DNA of 64,000 bases from a virus. Each line of letters starts with the position of its first letter. Position 1 is the first letter of the stretch. The stretch is from positions 64,001 through 128,000 of IMG/VR virus record IMGVR_UViG_3300045988_160113; one strand, given 5' to 3'. The position numbers and the translations under genes are program-made. The notes under the pieces were generated by a model that saw nothing but the letters and a program-made list of their open reading frames with translations, did not search any database and had not been told where the DNA came from. This document shows, piece by piece, positions 43,093 to 53,059 of the stretch.

Positions 43093-43168
43093 AGCAGTAG
43101 GGAGAAACGGTTTCCTCGCTTGGCTCATAACCAAGAGACATCTGGGTCAGCACCAGTTACCGCAACCA
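43093..43168 (+). ncRNA. tRNA-like module (anticodon-like CAU) with non-canonical T-loop
   Basis: 76-nt cloverleaf: CTTGG-CTCATAA-CCAAG arm, T-arm TCTGG-GTCAGCA-CCAGT, 3' TACCGCA-A-CCA; 5/7 acceptor pairs. Confidence 0.45.
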
Positions 43169-44361
43169 CAATTAAAAACAATGAGGCTAACGGCAGTTGC
43201 ATCAACGAAAGTTGATTAGACGGGTCGGGGTTAGCAAAGAAAGGTTAACAGGTAGTGCAGCGGTAGGTAACAAATCCGTAAGTCGAAATGAGTTGGGAAA
43301 ACCAAATGATACGGCTTAGTCCTTCGTAAGAAGTTGAAGAGAGATTTTAGGTAAAAGGTAACAACTTTTAACTGCTCTTCGTAATTGACCATGAAACAGG
43401 GTCATAGCTACCACTCATTGTTTTTAGATGTTTTATCAAAGAAGACGAATGGTTGGTGAGTCTCAAAACAACCCAACTACCACATTACTAATCATCGCTA
43501 CTCGTGGTTAGTAAGTTGTTTTAGAAGTAGCAAACCTACGAGTATGGTAGGCGGCGCGGTAATAGTCGTAAAGGGTGAGGTAAAGCTGAATTATCATTTG
43601 AGGTAGTTTCTTTCTCCTAGCCAAAAACAGAAACCGGTGCGCAGTCGTGAAATGCGGGAATGGTAGATAAGCCTTAGTGTACTACTCATACGGTTGTGAG
43701 TTCTCCTATGTATCTTGAGAACTCTCGGCGGCGAATGCCTAAATCTCCCCGCCCGCGCGGTTATAGCGGCGTTTACCAAACTGTTATTCGATAAAATGGT
43801 TTGGAAGTGCGAGTAGTAACTTGGAATTACTCCCGAAAGCAACGGTTAGATTGCTCAACTTGCTAGACTCAAGTTGACAAATGGGAGGTGGCCCCTCCTA
43901 TGTCTCCCACGCAACACTAAGCGCGGGCGTATATGGGAAATAGTCAACCATATACTTATTGGGTTGAGAGTGTAATATTATACATAAAATCCCTCTGCGC
44001 GCAGAGTAAATCTGCGGTATCGTAGTAAAAACTCTACAAAAAAACTATATCAAAGGGACGACTCTAAACGAGGTAAGGGAAACAAAGTAAAGAGTACATT
44101 CTCTTAGGCTACTTTGGTATTATATGTGGTGTGGTTGAGGAGTATGGGCGACGATACACCGGAATGCGGAGTTAGCGACATACTGTGTAGATGGCGAGTC
44201 AACAGAGCGATATAGTTTATTTTGGCTTCCTTTCCGCTCTTGCGGGATGACTCTAGGATAGCGATACTACAAAGTAAAGGAGGACTGTGATTTATTCATA
44301 GCCCTCTTTTGCTTTACCAAAATTGTGTATTTTTAGGTAGAAAATTTTACTTAGTAATAAG

Positions 44362-44386
44362 AGGTTATAAAATTATAACCTTTTAT
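44362..44386 (+). terminator. intrinsic terminator closing the noncoding unit
   Basis: AGGTTATAA-TTATAACCT palindrome followed by TTTTAT. Confidence 0.55.
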
Positions 44387-44417
44387 AATATATTTTATAA
44401 AACAAGGAGGGAATAAT

Positions 44418-45029
44418 ATGGATAATATAGTTGTTTCCATTCCCGAACGTGCGAACACAACCATCCCTGACCCAAGTCTATTATGGTATTATGAAGACTT
44501 AGAAGATAGAGTTTATCAATTGGTTGGAGAGGTTGATGAAGGTTTGCTAGATTTCTCACGCCACGTTATTAGATGGAATAGAGAAGATAAAGGAAAACCA
44601 GTTGAAGAGCGTAAGCCTATAAAATTATTTTTCTTTAGTCCTGGTGGAAGTCTTGATATAAATTATTCTGTCATTGATATTATTCGCTTGAGCAAAACTC
44701 CTATTATTGGCATCAATATGGGTGTTTGTTGTTCTGCGGCGGCGTATATTTATCTTGCTTGCCATAAGCGTTATATGCTCCCTCATTCTTATTTTGTATT
44801 TCATCAAGGCAGTTCTCAAATGTCAGGAACTTATGGTGAAGTTGTTGCTATTATGACTGATTATCAGAATCAAGTTGCTGAATTAAGTTCCTTTATGGAA
44901 GAGAGAACTACTTATACTAGTGAGGAAATTACTGACAATATCGTTACTGAATGGTATGTAAGGGAAGAGGAAGCTCTTGAAAAGGGAGTATGCCACGAAG
45001 TAATAGAAGATATAGAGGTGCTATTATAA
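44418..45029 (+). CDS. ClpP-family serine protease
   Basis: FFFSPGGSLD...GINMGVCCSAAAYIYLACHKRYMLPHSYFVFHQ matches the ClpP S14 pattern (xSPGGxV, GxAAS, R..lp....iHQ). Confidence 0.8.
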   Translation: MDNIVVSIPERANTTIPDPSLLWYYEDLEDRVYQLVGEVDEGLLDFSRHVIRWNREDKGKPVEERKPIKLFFFSPGGSLDINYSVIDIIRLSKTPIIGINMGVCCSAAAYIYLACHKRYMLPHSYFVFHQGSSQMSGTYGEVVAIMTDYQNQVAELSSFMEERTTYTSEEITDNIVTEWYVREEEALEKGVCHEVIEDIEVLL

Positions 45030-45857
45030 GTGGGATATATTTATAAGATTAGCAATACTGTAAATAATAAAGTTTATATAGGGCAAACCTCTCGAACGGT
45101 AGAAAAAAGATGGAATTTACATAAGCGAACAGCAAAAAATCCTTCTTATCTATCTTATTCATATCCTTTATATCAAGCTATGAGAAAATATGGTATAGAT
45201 AATTTTCAAATTGAAGTTATTGAAGAAACTGATAATAAAAATTTGAATGAGCGAGAAGTTTATTGGATATCTTATTATGATTCATATAATAAAGGTTATA
45301 ATATGACTTTAGGTGGAGATGGCCATTATAAATATGAAGATGAAGATTTTTTAGAATTATGGAATCAAGGGTATAATGCTGCTCAAATTACAGAAATGCT
45401 ACATTGTGATAGACATACAGTCGCCGATAGGCTATCTCAATTAGTTCCAAATTATTCTAATTTACAAAAAGAGAGACAAACTCCTTCAAGATATTCTTTT
45501 GAAAAAGAGCAAAAAATTAGAGAATGCTGGGATAAAGGAATGAGTTCTAAACAGATTCAAGAAGAATTAGGAATAAATAGAAAAGGTATAAAGGGATATC
45601 TGGTAAAATATAAAAATTTTTCCGAAGAAGACTGGGAAAAAAGAAATTATGTTCAAAGAAAAAATAGCAACCCTCAAAAAATTGCTATAAAACAATTGAC
45701 TTTAGATGGTCAAGAAGTAGCAGTACATCAATCTATTGCTGATGCTGGAAGAGCAGTTGGAGATGTTAGACGAAGTGCCAATATTCGCGCTTGTCTTATT
45801 GGAAAACAAATAACGGCATATGGATACAAATGGCAATATGCTGATAAGGAGAACTAA
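45030..45857 (+). CDS. GIY-YIG homing endonuclease (free-standing)
   Basis: GYIYKISNTVNNKVYIGQTSRTVEKRWNLHK...VYWISYYDSYNKGYNMTLGG; GTG start directly after the ClpP stop. Confidence 0.85.
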   Translation: MGYIYKISNTVNNKVYIGQTSRTVEKRWNLHKRTAKNPSYLSYSYPLYQAMRKYGIDNFQIEVIEETDNKNLNEREVYWISYYDSYNKGYNMTLGGDGHYKYEDEDFLELWNQGYNAAQITEMLHCDRHTVADRLSQLVPNYSNLQKERQTPSRYSFEKEQKIRECWDKGMSSKQIQEELGINRKGIKGYLVKYKNFSEEDWEKRNYVQRKNSNPQKIAIKQLTLDGQEVAVHQSIADAGRAVGDVRRSANIRACLIGKQITAYGYKWQYADKEN

Positions 45858-45862
45858 ACTAT

Positions 45863-46690
45863 ATGGATTATACTGGATACAAAAGTATTATTCTTGATGA
45901 TAAGGACTTAGCACAGTTATATCAAGATGGAACTGTTGATGGCCTTGAACTATATGAAAATGAATACCTCGCGGTTATGAATGAGAATGAGGAAATAGTT
46001 GATAAGTTCAAAATGAAGAAGGGCGGTTTAGAAAAAGTCCCATTTTATAGTTTCGAATCTCGTCAAATGGGAACTGTCAAACCAAAGACTTTTGAACAGC
46101 ATTTTGCTATGGATTTATTGCGAGATAGACAAATTACAGTAAAAATGATACGTGGTGTGTATGGAAGTGGAAAAGACTACCTTATGTCTGCATACGCTAT
46201 CGAAGCCCTTGAAAAGGGTTATTATAATAAAATTGTTTATATTCGCCCTAATGTGTCTCTAAAGGATGTTCCCGAGACTGGTTATCTCAAAGGTTCAATT
46301 ATGGATAAATTGGGTTGGACTTTAGGCCCTCTTTATGATAAATGGGGTGGAGAAGATGGTGTCCAAATGATGATTGATAATGGTCAATTAGAACTTGCTC
46401 CTTTACAATTTATTCGCGGTCGTAGTTTTGAGAATTGTTTGATTTATGTTTCTGAAGGACAGAACATTACGACTGAAGTTGCTAAATTGCTCCTTGGCCG
46501 AGTTGGAGAAAATTCTGCTCTCATTATCAATGGTGATACGCATCAGACAGATAATAGAGTATATGAACGTGATAATGGTGTTCTAAAGATGATTGACCGT
46601 CTCAAAGGTCATCCTCTCTTCGGCTACATTTATCTTTCTCAAACCCTACGTAGTGAAACTGCTAATTTAGCAAATCTTCTCGATGACTAA
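45863..46690 (+). CDS. phoH: PhoH-like ATPase
   Basis: Walker A GVYGSGKDYL; FIRGRSFENCLIYVSEGQNIT (PhoH RGR..DEAQN-type motif). Confidence 0.85.
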   Translation: MDYTGYKSIILDDKDLAQLYQDGTVDGLELYENEYLAVMNENEEIVDKFKMKKGGLEKVPFYSFESRQMGTVKPKTFEQHFAMDLLRDRQITVKMIRGVYGSGKDYLMSAYAIEALEKGYYNKIVYIRPNVSLKDVPETGYLKGSIMDKLGWTLGPLYDKWGGEDGVQMMIDNGQLELAPLQFIRGRSFENCLIYVSEGQNITTEVAKLLLGRVGENSALIINGDTHQTDNRVYERDNGVLKMIDRLKGHPLFGYIYLSQTLRSETANLANLLDD

Positions 46691-46697
46691 TTATTTC

Positions 46698-46727
46698 GGG
46701 CGGCGTCTCTGCGCGCCGCCCATTTTT
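46698..46727 (+). terminator. intrinsic terminator
   Basis: GGGCGGCG-tctctgcg-CGCCGCCC then ATTTTTAT. Confidence 0.75.
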
Positions 46728-46741
46728 ATGGAAGTGATGAA

Positions 46742-48391
46742 ATGGCGAACCTATTGGGTGAAAGTAAGCAACTTGCCAGCAAATTTGTATTCTACGACCA
46801 ACTAAAAGAGTATGACCCTGGTACTATTCAACGCTCTCTATACGATAGCGCTGTTTCTGCTGGTGAAGCAGTTCTTGCTCTCAATAAACCAGAGTCGCGA
46901 GCAGCATTCATCGCTTCTAATCTGCGCGCGCAAGCAAGAAATGAAGCACAGAAAGATATAATGTTGCTCAATACTTACTTTGGTGGGAATTATAATATTG
47001 ACGATGTTTATAATAAAGATATTGGTAAAAAAATCACCATTGCTCTCAATGAAGCACTCAATTTGAAAGATATTTTTCAACGCAATTATGACCGTATTGT
47101 AAATGAGAAAGGTGATGGGCGCGCAGCAAAGGTTACTATTTCTTCTGTTATGGAGAGTTATGTAATAACAGAAATTAGAAACAGTTGGCCTACTATTTGT
47201 AATCATGTATTGAAACGCTTAGCAGATAGTAATGGTGAATACTCTATCGCGCAAGCAATAGAGGAAGAATTCAATTCTGAATATATAAAGAAAGTTATTG
47301 GACGCGCGCTGGACAAAGCATTAGCATCACCTACTTGGACTGGTGGAAATGATAATCCTTTCAAAGAATTAGTGGACTATTTGAATACCCATAAAGACCG
47401 TCGCAATGAAATTCTTGACAAAATGTGGCAGTATTTAGGAATTGATAGATTGAAACAAAATATGGTAGAAAATATTACTAATTCTGAACAATTGAAGAAT
47501 TTCAAAAATAGCCGAAAGAGCGGAAAAATAAATTTGACTACTTCAATCAAAAGCGGAGTCCAGCGAGGGCTTATGGGAGAAGCACTTTCTCAAGTTGTTA
47601 GTGAGGCCGCGGTAAAATTGAATACAGAGAATACTAAGTTTACTTCTGAGCAAGTTGGCTCTATCGGCGCGAAGCCAGATGTAATATTAGGTTTTCAAAT
47701 CAAAGTGGATACTATTAGTGGTATTATGACTAATGATAGATTCAAAGGGTCTGATAGGGAAACTAATCGAAGTAGATTTATTGAAATCAATGAGCATTTG
47801 AAGAGATTGAATAAAGGAATTGTTGTCTACTCTAATGTAAAAGATTACGCACTTGGTCAAGATTTCAAGAGACGTGGTGGTTTTTCTACTGGTGGAGACA
47901 TGACATTAGATACCTATGCTAATATAATGAAAAAGACAAAAACAGGCGAGTTCATTGGCGCTGTTGCTAATGCTATGGATAAAGCAGTATTTGGCGATGA
48001 TAAGCATAGGCAAGCAATTTTAGAAATGATAACTCAAGATATGGCAAACTTTTTGTTCGATGATGTATTTACCGTTGGTAAAGAAATGACTGGCGGCGCA
48101 ACTGCGATACATCTGATGAATTTAGATGGAGTATATATTCCAGTTTCATATTTACTATTGCTTTTAGCAGAAGCATTTGAAAAGGAAGATAAGAATAATT
48201 ATCGAGATATTTTCTATCCAACTATTAGGTATACGGAAATTTTATATCCTGATGGCGGTGAAGGCCATGAGGGAGATAATATATGGTCTTTTGAAGACTG
48301 GAAGAGACAGAGAGACGACGCACTAAACAAGATTACTATTGGCGCTCATTTTGCGCGCAGTTTTGTTGATATTGTAAAGGAATTGAAATAA
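46742..48391 (+). CDS. hypothetical protein (549 aa)
   Basis: Long ORF, no motif recognised. Confidence 0.65.
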   Translation: MANLLGESKQLASKFVFYDQLKEYDPGTIQRSLYDSAVSAGEAVLALNKPESRAAFIASNLRAQARNEAQKDIMLLNTYFGGNYNIDDVYNKDIGKKITIALNEALNLKDIFQRNYDRIVNEKGDGRAAKVTISSVMESYVITEIRNSWPTICNHVLKRLADSNGEYSIAQAIEEEFNSEYIKKVIGRALDKALASPTWTGGNDNPFKELVDYLNTHKDRRNEILDKMWQYLGIDRLKQNMVENITNSEQLKNFKNSRKSGKINLTTSIKSGVQRGLMGEALSQVVSEAAVKLNTENTKFTSEQVGSIGAKPDVILGFQIKVDTISGIMTNDRFKGSDRETNRSRFIEINEHLKRLNKGIVVYSNVKDYALGQDFKRRGGFSTGGDMTLDTYANIMKKTKTGEFIGAVANAMDKAVFGDDKHRQAILEMITQDMANFLFDDVFTVGKEMTGGATAIHLMNLDGVYIPVSYLLLLLAEAFEKEDKNNYRDIFYPTIRYTEILYPDGGEGHEGDNIWSFEDWKRQRDDALNKITIGAHFARSFVDIVKELK

Positions 48392-48621
48392 TGAAAGTAA
48401 GAACTATAAAGAAAGATAAACTATTGGAGTTAGTGAGCAATTATAATTGGGACCCGATTCCTAAAGAAGTAGTCGACCATTGGCTTTGTATTTGGGGTTT
48501 GACTATTGAGATTGAACCCGAGACGCGCGCTGAAGAAAATGAAGCAAAGAAAACAGACTGCGCGCAGAACGAAATAAAAGAACAAAAAAATAATGATAAT
48601 AAAGTAGAGGAAGAGCATTAG
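48391..48621 (+). CDS. hypothetical protein
   Basis: 76 aa, TAATG overlap. Confidence 0.55.
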   Translation: MKVRTIKKDKLLELVSNYNWDPIPKEVVDHWLCIWGLTIEIEPETRAEENEAKKTDCAQNEIKEQKNNDNKVEEEH

Positions 48622-48631
48622 TCTCTTCCTC
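48607..48631 (+). terminator. intrinsic terminator
   Basis: GAGGAAGAG-cattagt-CTCTTCCTC then TTTCT. Confidence 0.7.
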
Positions 48632-48639
48632 TTTCTAAT

Positions 48640-48668
48640 TTGAAAATTTTAGAAATATATGATATAAT
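48640..48668 (+). promoter_or_regulatory. promoter cassette
   Basis: TTGAAA, 17 bp, TGATATAAT; leader ATATATAGAAAGTGGAAAGAG. Confidence 0.65.
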
Positions 48669-48700
48669 ATATATAGAAAGTGGAAAGAGAGGAACTAAAA

Positions 48701-49003
48701 ATGTATAAATCCAATAAGTATTCTGCTCAGAGAGATGCTATCATTGAGGGTTGCGCAATGGTGAAACTTGCTGAAGCAAGTGATGCCCTTACTCTTGATG
48801 AAATTATTTGCGGCGAGCCACTTCTTGCTGGAGTAAGCACTCAGAAGCTCGCGCGAGTAATGATGAAGTTTGTTGATATGGGTTTCGTGGTAAAGTCTAA
48901 GCGCCGCGATGGTAAGATGATTTATAAAACTGTTGCTAAGATGGAAGAAGAGGGATATGAGAGAGACCCTGTTACTCATTTGTTTGGAGGAGAAATGGCA
49001 TGA
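48701..49003 (+). CDS. winged-helix-like small protein
   Basis: ATG 48701; LDEIICGEPLLAGVSTQKLARVMMKFVDMGFVVKSKRRDGKMIYK. Confidence 0.5.
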   Translation: MYKSNKYSAQRDAIIEGCAMVKLAEASDALTLDEIICGEPLLAGVSTQKLARVMMKFVDMGFVVKSKRRDGKMIYKTVAKMEEEGYERDPVTHLFGGEMA

Positions 49004-49230
49004 CTGATTTGAAGTATTATATTGGTAATACAGTTGAAGATACTGTTATGGTAACTCCCGATGATAAAGCAATTTATTTTGATACAGAAGAAGAAGCACA
49101 GTTTTTCTTTGATAACTATCTTACACCCGAAGACAGAGAAATTGCTATTATCATTCATTGTATTTTGTTTTATGATGGTGGCTATGTAAATTGGAAAGAA
49201 TATAAAAAAGAGTTAGAACAGGAGGAATAA
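49000..49230 (+). CDS. hypothetical protein
   Basis: 76 aa, ATGA overlap. Confidence 0.55.
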   Translation: MTDLKYYIGNTVEDTVMVTPDDKAIYFDTEEEAQFFFDNYLTPEDREIAIIIHCILFYDGGYVNWKEYKKELEQEE

Positions 49231-49231
49231 T

Positions 49232-50425
49232 ATGACTGTTCATGATACTTATGATAATCTAATGGAAGTCCAAAAGTTTATTCTTGACCACGAAAATTGG
49301 AAAGAACTCTTGGAAAATCCTCCTTACTGCCTGAAGATTACCGTAGAGGGTACTCTTATTATGTTCAATTATAGTCAGTTGGATTCTGATTTCTATAATC
49401 CTATCGTCAAGGAATGCCGTGGTTTGATTCTTGATAAAAATACTTACCGAGTTGTGTGTCGCGCGATGGATAAGTTTATGAATGCTGAGGAAGGTGCAAG
49501 TGACCTCAATAAAATCAACTGGTTTGATTTTCAGATTCAGACTAAAATTGATGGGTCTTTGATTCGTCTTTATCATTATAACGGCGAATGGCACGTGTCC
49601 ACCAGTGGTACGATTGATGCCTTCAATGCACCTCTCAATGTTGGCGGTTACAAGACTTTCGGTGATTTATTTGCGGCAGCACTATGGAAGTATATCAATC
49701 CTGAGTGTTTTTATGGAATGCTTGACCCTACTCATACTTATTGGTTTGAGTTGACTTCTCCGTATAACCGCGTTGTTATTCCTTATGATGAAATTGAATT
49801 GACTTTTCTTGGTTGGCGCGCAAATTATGCTCCCTATAAGGAAAAGTGGCCCTCTCAGTCAGTTGTCGCAGAGTATATTCCTATTGCTAGTAGGCTTCCT
49901 CGTCAATCTTATCAGTCTCTCCGCGCGCTGGCTGATTCATTGCCTTGGAATGAAGAGGGCTTTGTAATTTGTGATAATAATTTCCATCGTGTCAAGGTGA
50001 AGTCTCCTGCTTGGATTTCTGCGCACTATCTGCGGAATAATGGCATTCAGCCTGACCGTAGACTTATTGATGTTATCCTACATGGTGAGCAGGAAGAATT
50101 GCTTACTTATGCTCCTGAATATACCGACCGTCTACACGAACTTCAAGCAATGATGGAAGAGTATCACCTGCGCGCTGATGAACTTTTTAGTGTTTATTTG
50201 GAAATGTATATTGGTTTGGATTGTCCTGGCCGCGCATGGTTCGCAAAAACTGTAAAGAAGAATAAAGAAGATTGTGAACCGTATTTGTTTTGGGCTTTCA
50301 GTAAGATTTATGGCACTCCGCGCGGTGAAATGGATGATAATAAAGATTATTCTTTCAAGAGATATGAGAAGGAAAATCTTGATGCGCGCAAGTGGGTAAG
50401 ATTGTTGAAGTTGAAGGAGGAATAA
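49232..50425 (+). CDS. ATP-dependent RNA ligase (Rnl1-like)
   Basis: Motif I QTKIDGSLI (KxDGS); ECRGLILD upstream; EEGFVICD (motif IV-like); VKVKSP (motif V-like). Confidence 0.6.
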   Translation: MTVHDTYDNLMEVQKFILDHENWKELLENPPYCLKITVEGTLIMFNYSQLDSDFYNPIVKECRGLILDKNTYRVVCRAMDKFMNAEEGASDLNKINWFDFQIQTKIDGSLIRLYHYNGEWHVSTSGTIDAFNAPLNVGGYKTFGDLFAAALWKYINPECFYGMLDPTHTYWFELTSPYNRVVIPYDEIELTFLGWRANYAPYKEKWPSQSVVAEYIPIASRLPRQSYQSLRALADSLPWNEEGFVICDNNFHRVKVKSPAWISAHYLRNNGIQPDRRLIDVILHGEQEELLTYAPEYTDRLHELQAMMEEYHLRADELFSVYLEMYIGLDCPGRAWFAKTVKKNKEDCEPYLFWAFSKIYGTPRGEMDDNKDYSFKRYEKENLDARKWVRLLKLKEE

Positions 50426-50426
50426 T

Positions 50427-51257
50427 ATGACTCGTGAAGAGAGAATTATGAATGGCGTGAAAGACCATTGGGACGATGCACAGAGAAATGGTCAGATGCC
50501 ACAGTTTTCATTAGGAATTTTTCTTCAAGGAAGTCAGAACTATGGCCTTGATTATGAGGGTAGTGATATTGATACCAAGTTGATTACTCTTCCAACTTTC
50601 AAGAGCATTATTCATAATGATGCGCCTGTTAGCACAACTTTTGTAAGAGAGAATAATGAGCATACTGATTACAAAGATGTGAGATTGTATATTAAGAATT
50701 TCAAGAAACAGAATATCAATTTTTTGGAGATTTTATTTACAAATTTTGGGATTGTAAACAAGAGATTTGAGGAAGATTGGCTTAGTCTCCAGTTGAATAG
50801 AGAAAGGATTGCTCATTACAATCGTTTTCGCGCGCTGAAAGTGATGAAGGGAATGACGCTTGAGAAGTATGCGGCACTTGAACATCCGTATCCATCTAAG
50901 AAAGAGGTATTGGAGAAGTACTCATTCGACCCAAAACAACTTCACCATATCCTTCGTCTCAATGACTTCATTAGCCGTTATACCCAAGAAGAGTCTTTTG
51001 CAGATTGTCTTATTCCTACTAATCCAGAATTCCTTATCGAAGTAAAGAAAGGCAATGTATACGATTTGGACCGCGCGCGAGAAGTAGCCAAGAAAGTCGT
51101 TGCTAATACTGTTGAAATCGCTGATAAATTCTGCGAACTTATTCCTGACCGCGGCGACCCTATTGTTGATGAAATTCTTGACGAGTTTCTTTGCAATGTA
51201 ATGAAAGAGTCTCTTAGTTTGGAGTTCAGTAATTTTTACTGTTCAGAAATATATTGA
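50427..51257 (+). CDS. Pol-beta-superfamily nucleotidyltransferase
   Basis: FLQGSQNYGLDYEGSDIDTKL (GS-x9-13-DxD signature). Confidence 0.6.
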   Translation: MTREERIMNGVKDHWDDAQRNGQMPQFSLGIFLQGSQNYGLDYEGSDIDTKLITLPTFKSIIHNDAPVSTTFVRENNEHTDYKDVRLYIKNFKKQNINFLEILFTNFGIVNKRFEEDWLSLQLNRERIAHYNRFRALKVMKGMTLEKYAALEHPYPSKKEVLEKYSFDPKQLHHILRLNDFISRYTQEESFADCLIPTNPEFLIEVKKGNVYDLDRAREVAKKVVANTVEIADKFCELIPDRGDPIVDEILDEFLCNVMKESLSLEFSNFYCSEIY

Positions 51258-51278
51258 CCAAGGAATTATCTACGATTT

Positions 51279-51307
51279 TTGACTTTTTCTCAAATTTTTG
51301 ATATAAT
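51279..51307 (+). promoter_or_regulatory. promoter cassette
   Basis: TTGACT, 17 bp, TGATATAAT; leader ATATATAGAAAGTGAGGAAAG. Confidence 0.65.
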
Positions 51308-51332
51308 ATATATAGAAAGTGAGGAAAGAGTT

Positions 51333-52064
51333 ATGGATATTGTTTCGCTTCGTGAACAGTGGAAGCCTTTCTTTGATAAAATTAGACAGACCAAGGAGTT
51401 TGAAGAGTTTACTAAAGACCCTTGGTCTCGGTCTTTTTCTCATCTTTGCGAGGCCATCAAGGAAAATTTTCCTGACTTTGCTTTTACTTCTGATAGTGGT
51501 GAAACAAAGTTTGTGATTATTCCAGAAGATTATGACATAGTTCTCAAGTTTCCTAATGCTCCGACAAGACATGACTTTTCTATTGATTATTGTCTTGTTG
51601 AAGCAAGAAATTATCGCGCGGCAGTAGAGAAGCATTTAGATAAATATTTTGCTTGGTGCGATAAACTTTTTGACGTATATACGCCTAATGGGTATTATCC
51701 TATTTATGTTATGGAAAAGGTAAACTGTGATGAACAGTCTATCAATGAAGAGTTGATGGATTGGTTCAATAACAACTATGATGAACCCGATTCTAAAGAT
51801 GAAAAAGAAATGATTGAGTATGAAGATACTCTTCAGGAATTTTCCGATGGCTCTAGTGTTGCTGTTGACCTTTGGTTTGAGTCTATTTTCTCTGATGACT
51901 ATATGCGTCTTATTCAGTTTTTCGCTACTAATCTTATTGATGATATCCATAGTGGTAATCTTGGATATCGCAATGGAGAAATTGTTATCATTGATTATTG
52001 CGGTTACAGCACACTTTTCAATTCCAAACTTCCTAAAGATTGGTATTCAAAGTATGGTTTTTGA
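51333..52064 (+). CDS. hypothetical protein
   Basis: ATG 51333 right after the cassette leader. Confidence 0.6.
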   Translation: MDIVSLREQWKPFFDKIRQTKEFEEFTKDPWSRSFSHLCEAIKENFPDFAFTSDSGETKFVIIPEDYDIVLKFPNAPTRHDFSIDYCLVEARNYRAAVEKHLDKYFAWCDKLFDVYTPNGYYPIYVMEKVNCDEQSINEELMDWFNNNYDEPDSKDEKEMIEYEDTLQEFSDGSSVAVDLWFESIFSDDYMRLIQFFATNLIDDIHSGNLGYRNGEIVIIDYCGYSTLFNSKLPKDWYSKYGF

Positions 52065-52151
52065 TGGATTCTTCTGCTCAAAATTCCTCTTATAATAGGG
52101 AGAACTCTCCCTTTATAATATATTTATGCGGCTTGCCGCAGAGGAGGAAAT

Positions 52152-52949
52152 ATGGCTAACAAACATATGAAATCCTCAAACATTATTCTTATGGTTGTTA
52201 TTGTATTTATGGTGATGATGGGAACTGGATTTTACTCATTATGCCATGCAAACGACACAGAGGTTCTGCGCGCGGAGAAAACGCAAGAATATGAAAGTGT
52301 TGAAGTAGCAACCAAAGACCCAAATGAGTTGAAACAACTCATGGCAGAGTGTGAGAGTACAATGAAGACCGCCAATATTATGGCAGAGTCAGCAAGAACC
52401 CTTGGATATGATGAGGGACATATAATTATTGCTCTTGCGAAAGAAGATTATGGACGCGCGCAGAAAGAATATGAAGTATACTGTGCAGTCTATGATGACA
52501 TAATGAAAGTATGGGAGGAATGTGCGGCTGAATATCCTGCGGCCACTCAAGCATGGTTATATTTATATAACCTTGGATATTCTGATTCAGTAATTGCTGG
52601 TATTATCGGTAATATGATGGTTGAATGTGGTGGGCATACTCTTGCTCTAAATCCAACTATCTATTCTAAGGATGGATACTATGGTCTTTGTCAATGGAAT
52701 AAGAATTATGGTATTCATGGAACTTCTATTGAAGTTCAATTAGATTATTTAGCTAATAGTATTGAAGAAACATTTGATAATTTTGGTTATCTTTACCAAC
52801 GAGGCTTTGATTATTCCAGTTTTATGAGTCTCACGAGTGAAAAAGAAGCGGCTTTAGCATTTGCTAGAGTGTATGAACGTTGTACTATATTTTCCTACGG
52901 CGCGCGTAGAGCATGTGCAACTACGGCCTATAATTACTTTGTGAAGTAA
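52152..52949 (+). CDS. membrane-anchored phage lysozyme-like peptidoglycan hydrolase
   Basis: N-terminal TM segment IILMVVIVFMVMMGTGF; AGIIGNMMVECGGHTLALNP...YGLCQWN resembles the phage tail-lysozyme motif. Confidence 0.5.
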   Translation: MANKHMKSSNIILMVVIVFMVMMGTGFYSLCHANDTEVLRAEKTQEYESVEVATKDPNELKQLMAECESTMKTANIMAESARTLGYDEGHIIIALAKEDYGRAQKEYEVYCAVYDDIMKVWEECAAEYPAATQAWLYLYNLGYSDSVIAGIIGNMMVECGGHTLALNPTIYSKDGYYGLCQWNKNYGIHGTSIEVQLDYLANSIEETFDNFGYLYQRGFDYSSFMSLTSEKEAALAFARVYERCTIFSYGARRACATTAYNYFVK

Positions 52950-52974
52950 GTAAGATAAAGAATAATGTTTGAGG

Positions 52975-53006
52975 AGAGGACGTTTATAATGAGCGTCCTC
53001 TTTTTC
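52975..53006 (+). terminator. intrinsic terminator
   Basis: AGAGGACG-11 nt-CGTCCTCT then TTTTCT. Confidence 0.7.
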
Positions 53007-53010
53007 TAAT

Positions 53011-53039
53011 TTGATTTTTTCTGAAAATTTTAGTATAAT
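53011..53039 (+). promoter_or_regulatory. promoter cassette
   Basis: TTGATT, 17 bp, TAGTATAAT. Confidence 0.6.
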
Positions 53040-53059
53040 ATTTATATAAAATAAGGAGA

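Larger units (their letters stand above)
43059..44386 (+). ncRNA. large (about 1.3 kb) candidate structured noncoding RNA, promoter-to-terminator unit
   Basis: No ORF consistent with neighbours; visibly higher GC than flanks. Many local helices including GNRA-capped ATCAAC-GAAA-GTTGAT and CTTC-GTAA-GAAG, GGAGG-tggcc-CCTCC, GTATATGG...CCATATAC. Bounded by a cassette promoter and a terminator. Confidence 0.6.

Noticed and set aside
43560-43650. Local resemblance to RNase P RNA conserved regions (AAGGGTGAGGTAAAG, ACAGAAACCGG; also GTGAAAGTCCCG at 59113-59124)
   Set aside because: The matches are short, split between two distant loci and lack the surrounding P4 pairing partners. They are probably chance and are only worth testing with a covariance model.
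43024-43842. ORFs 43024-43215 (+) and 43594-43842 (-) in the first large noncoding region
   Set aside because: The first starts at a non-ATG codon inside the promoter -35 element and runs through a tRNA-like fold. The second is antisense. Neither has an RBS or coding-like composition.
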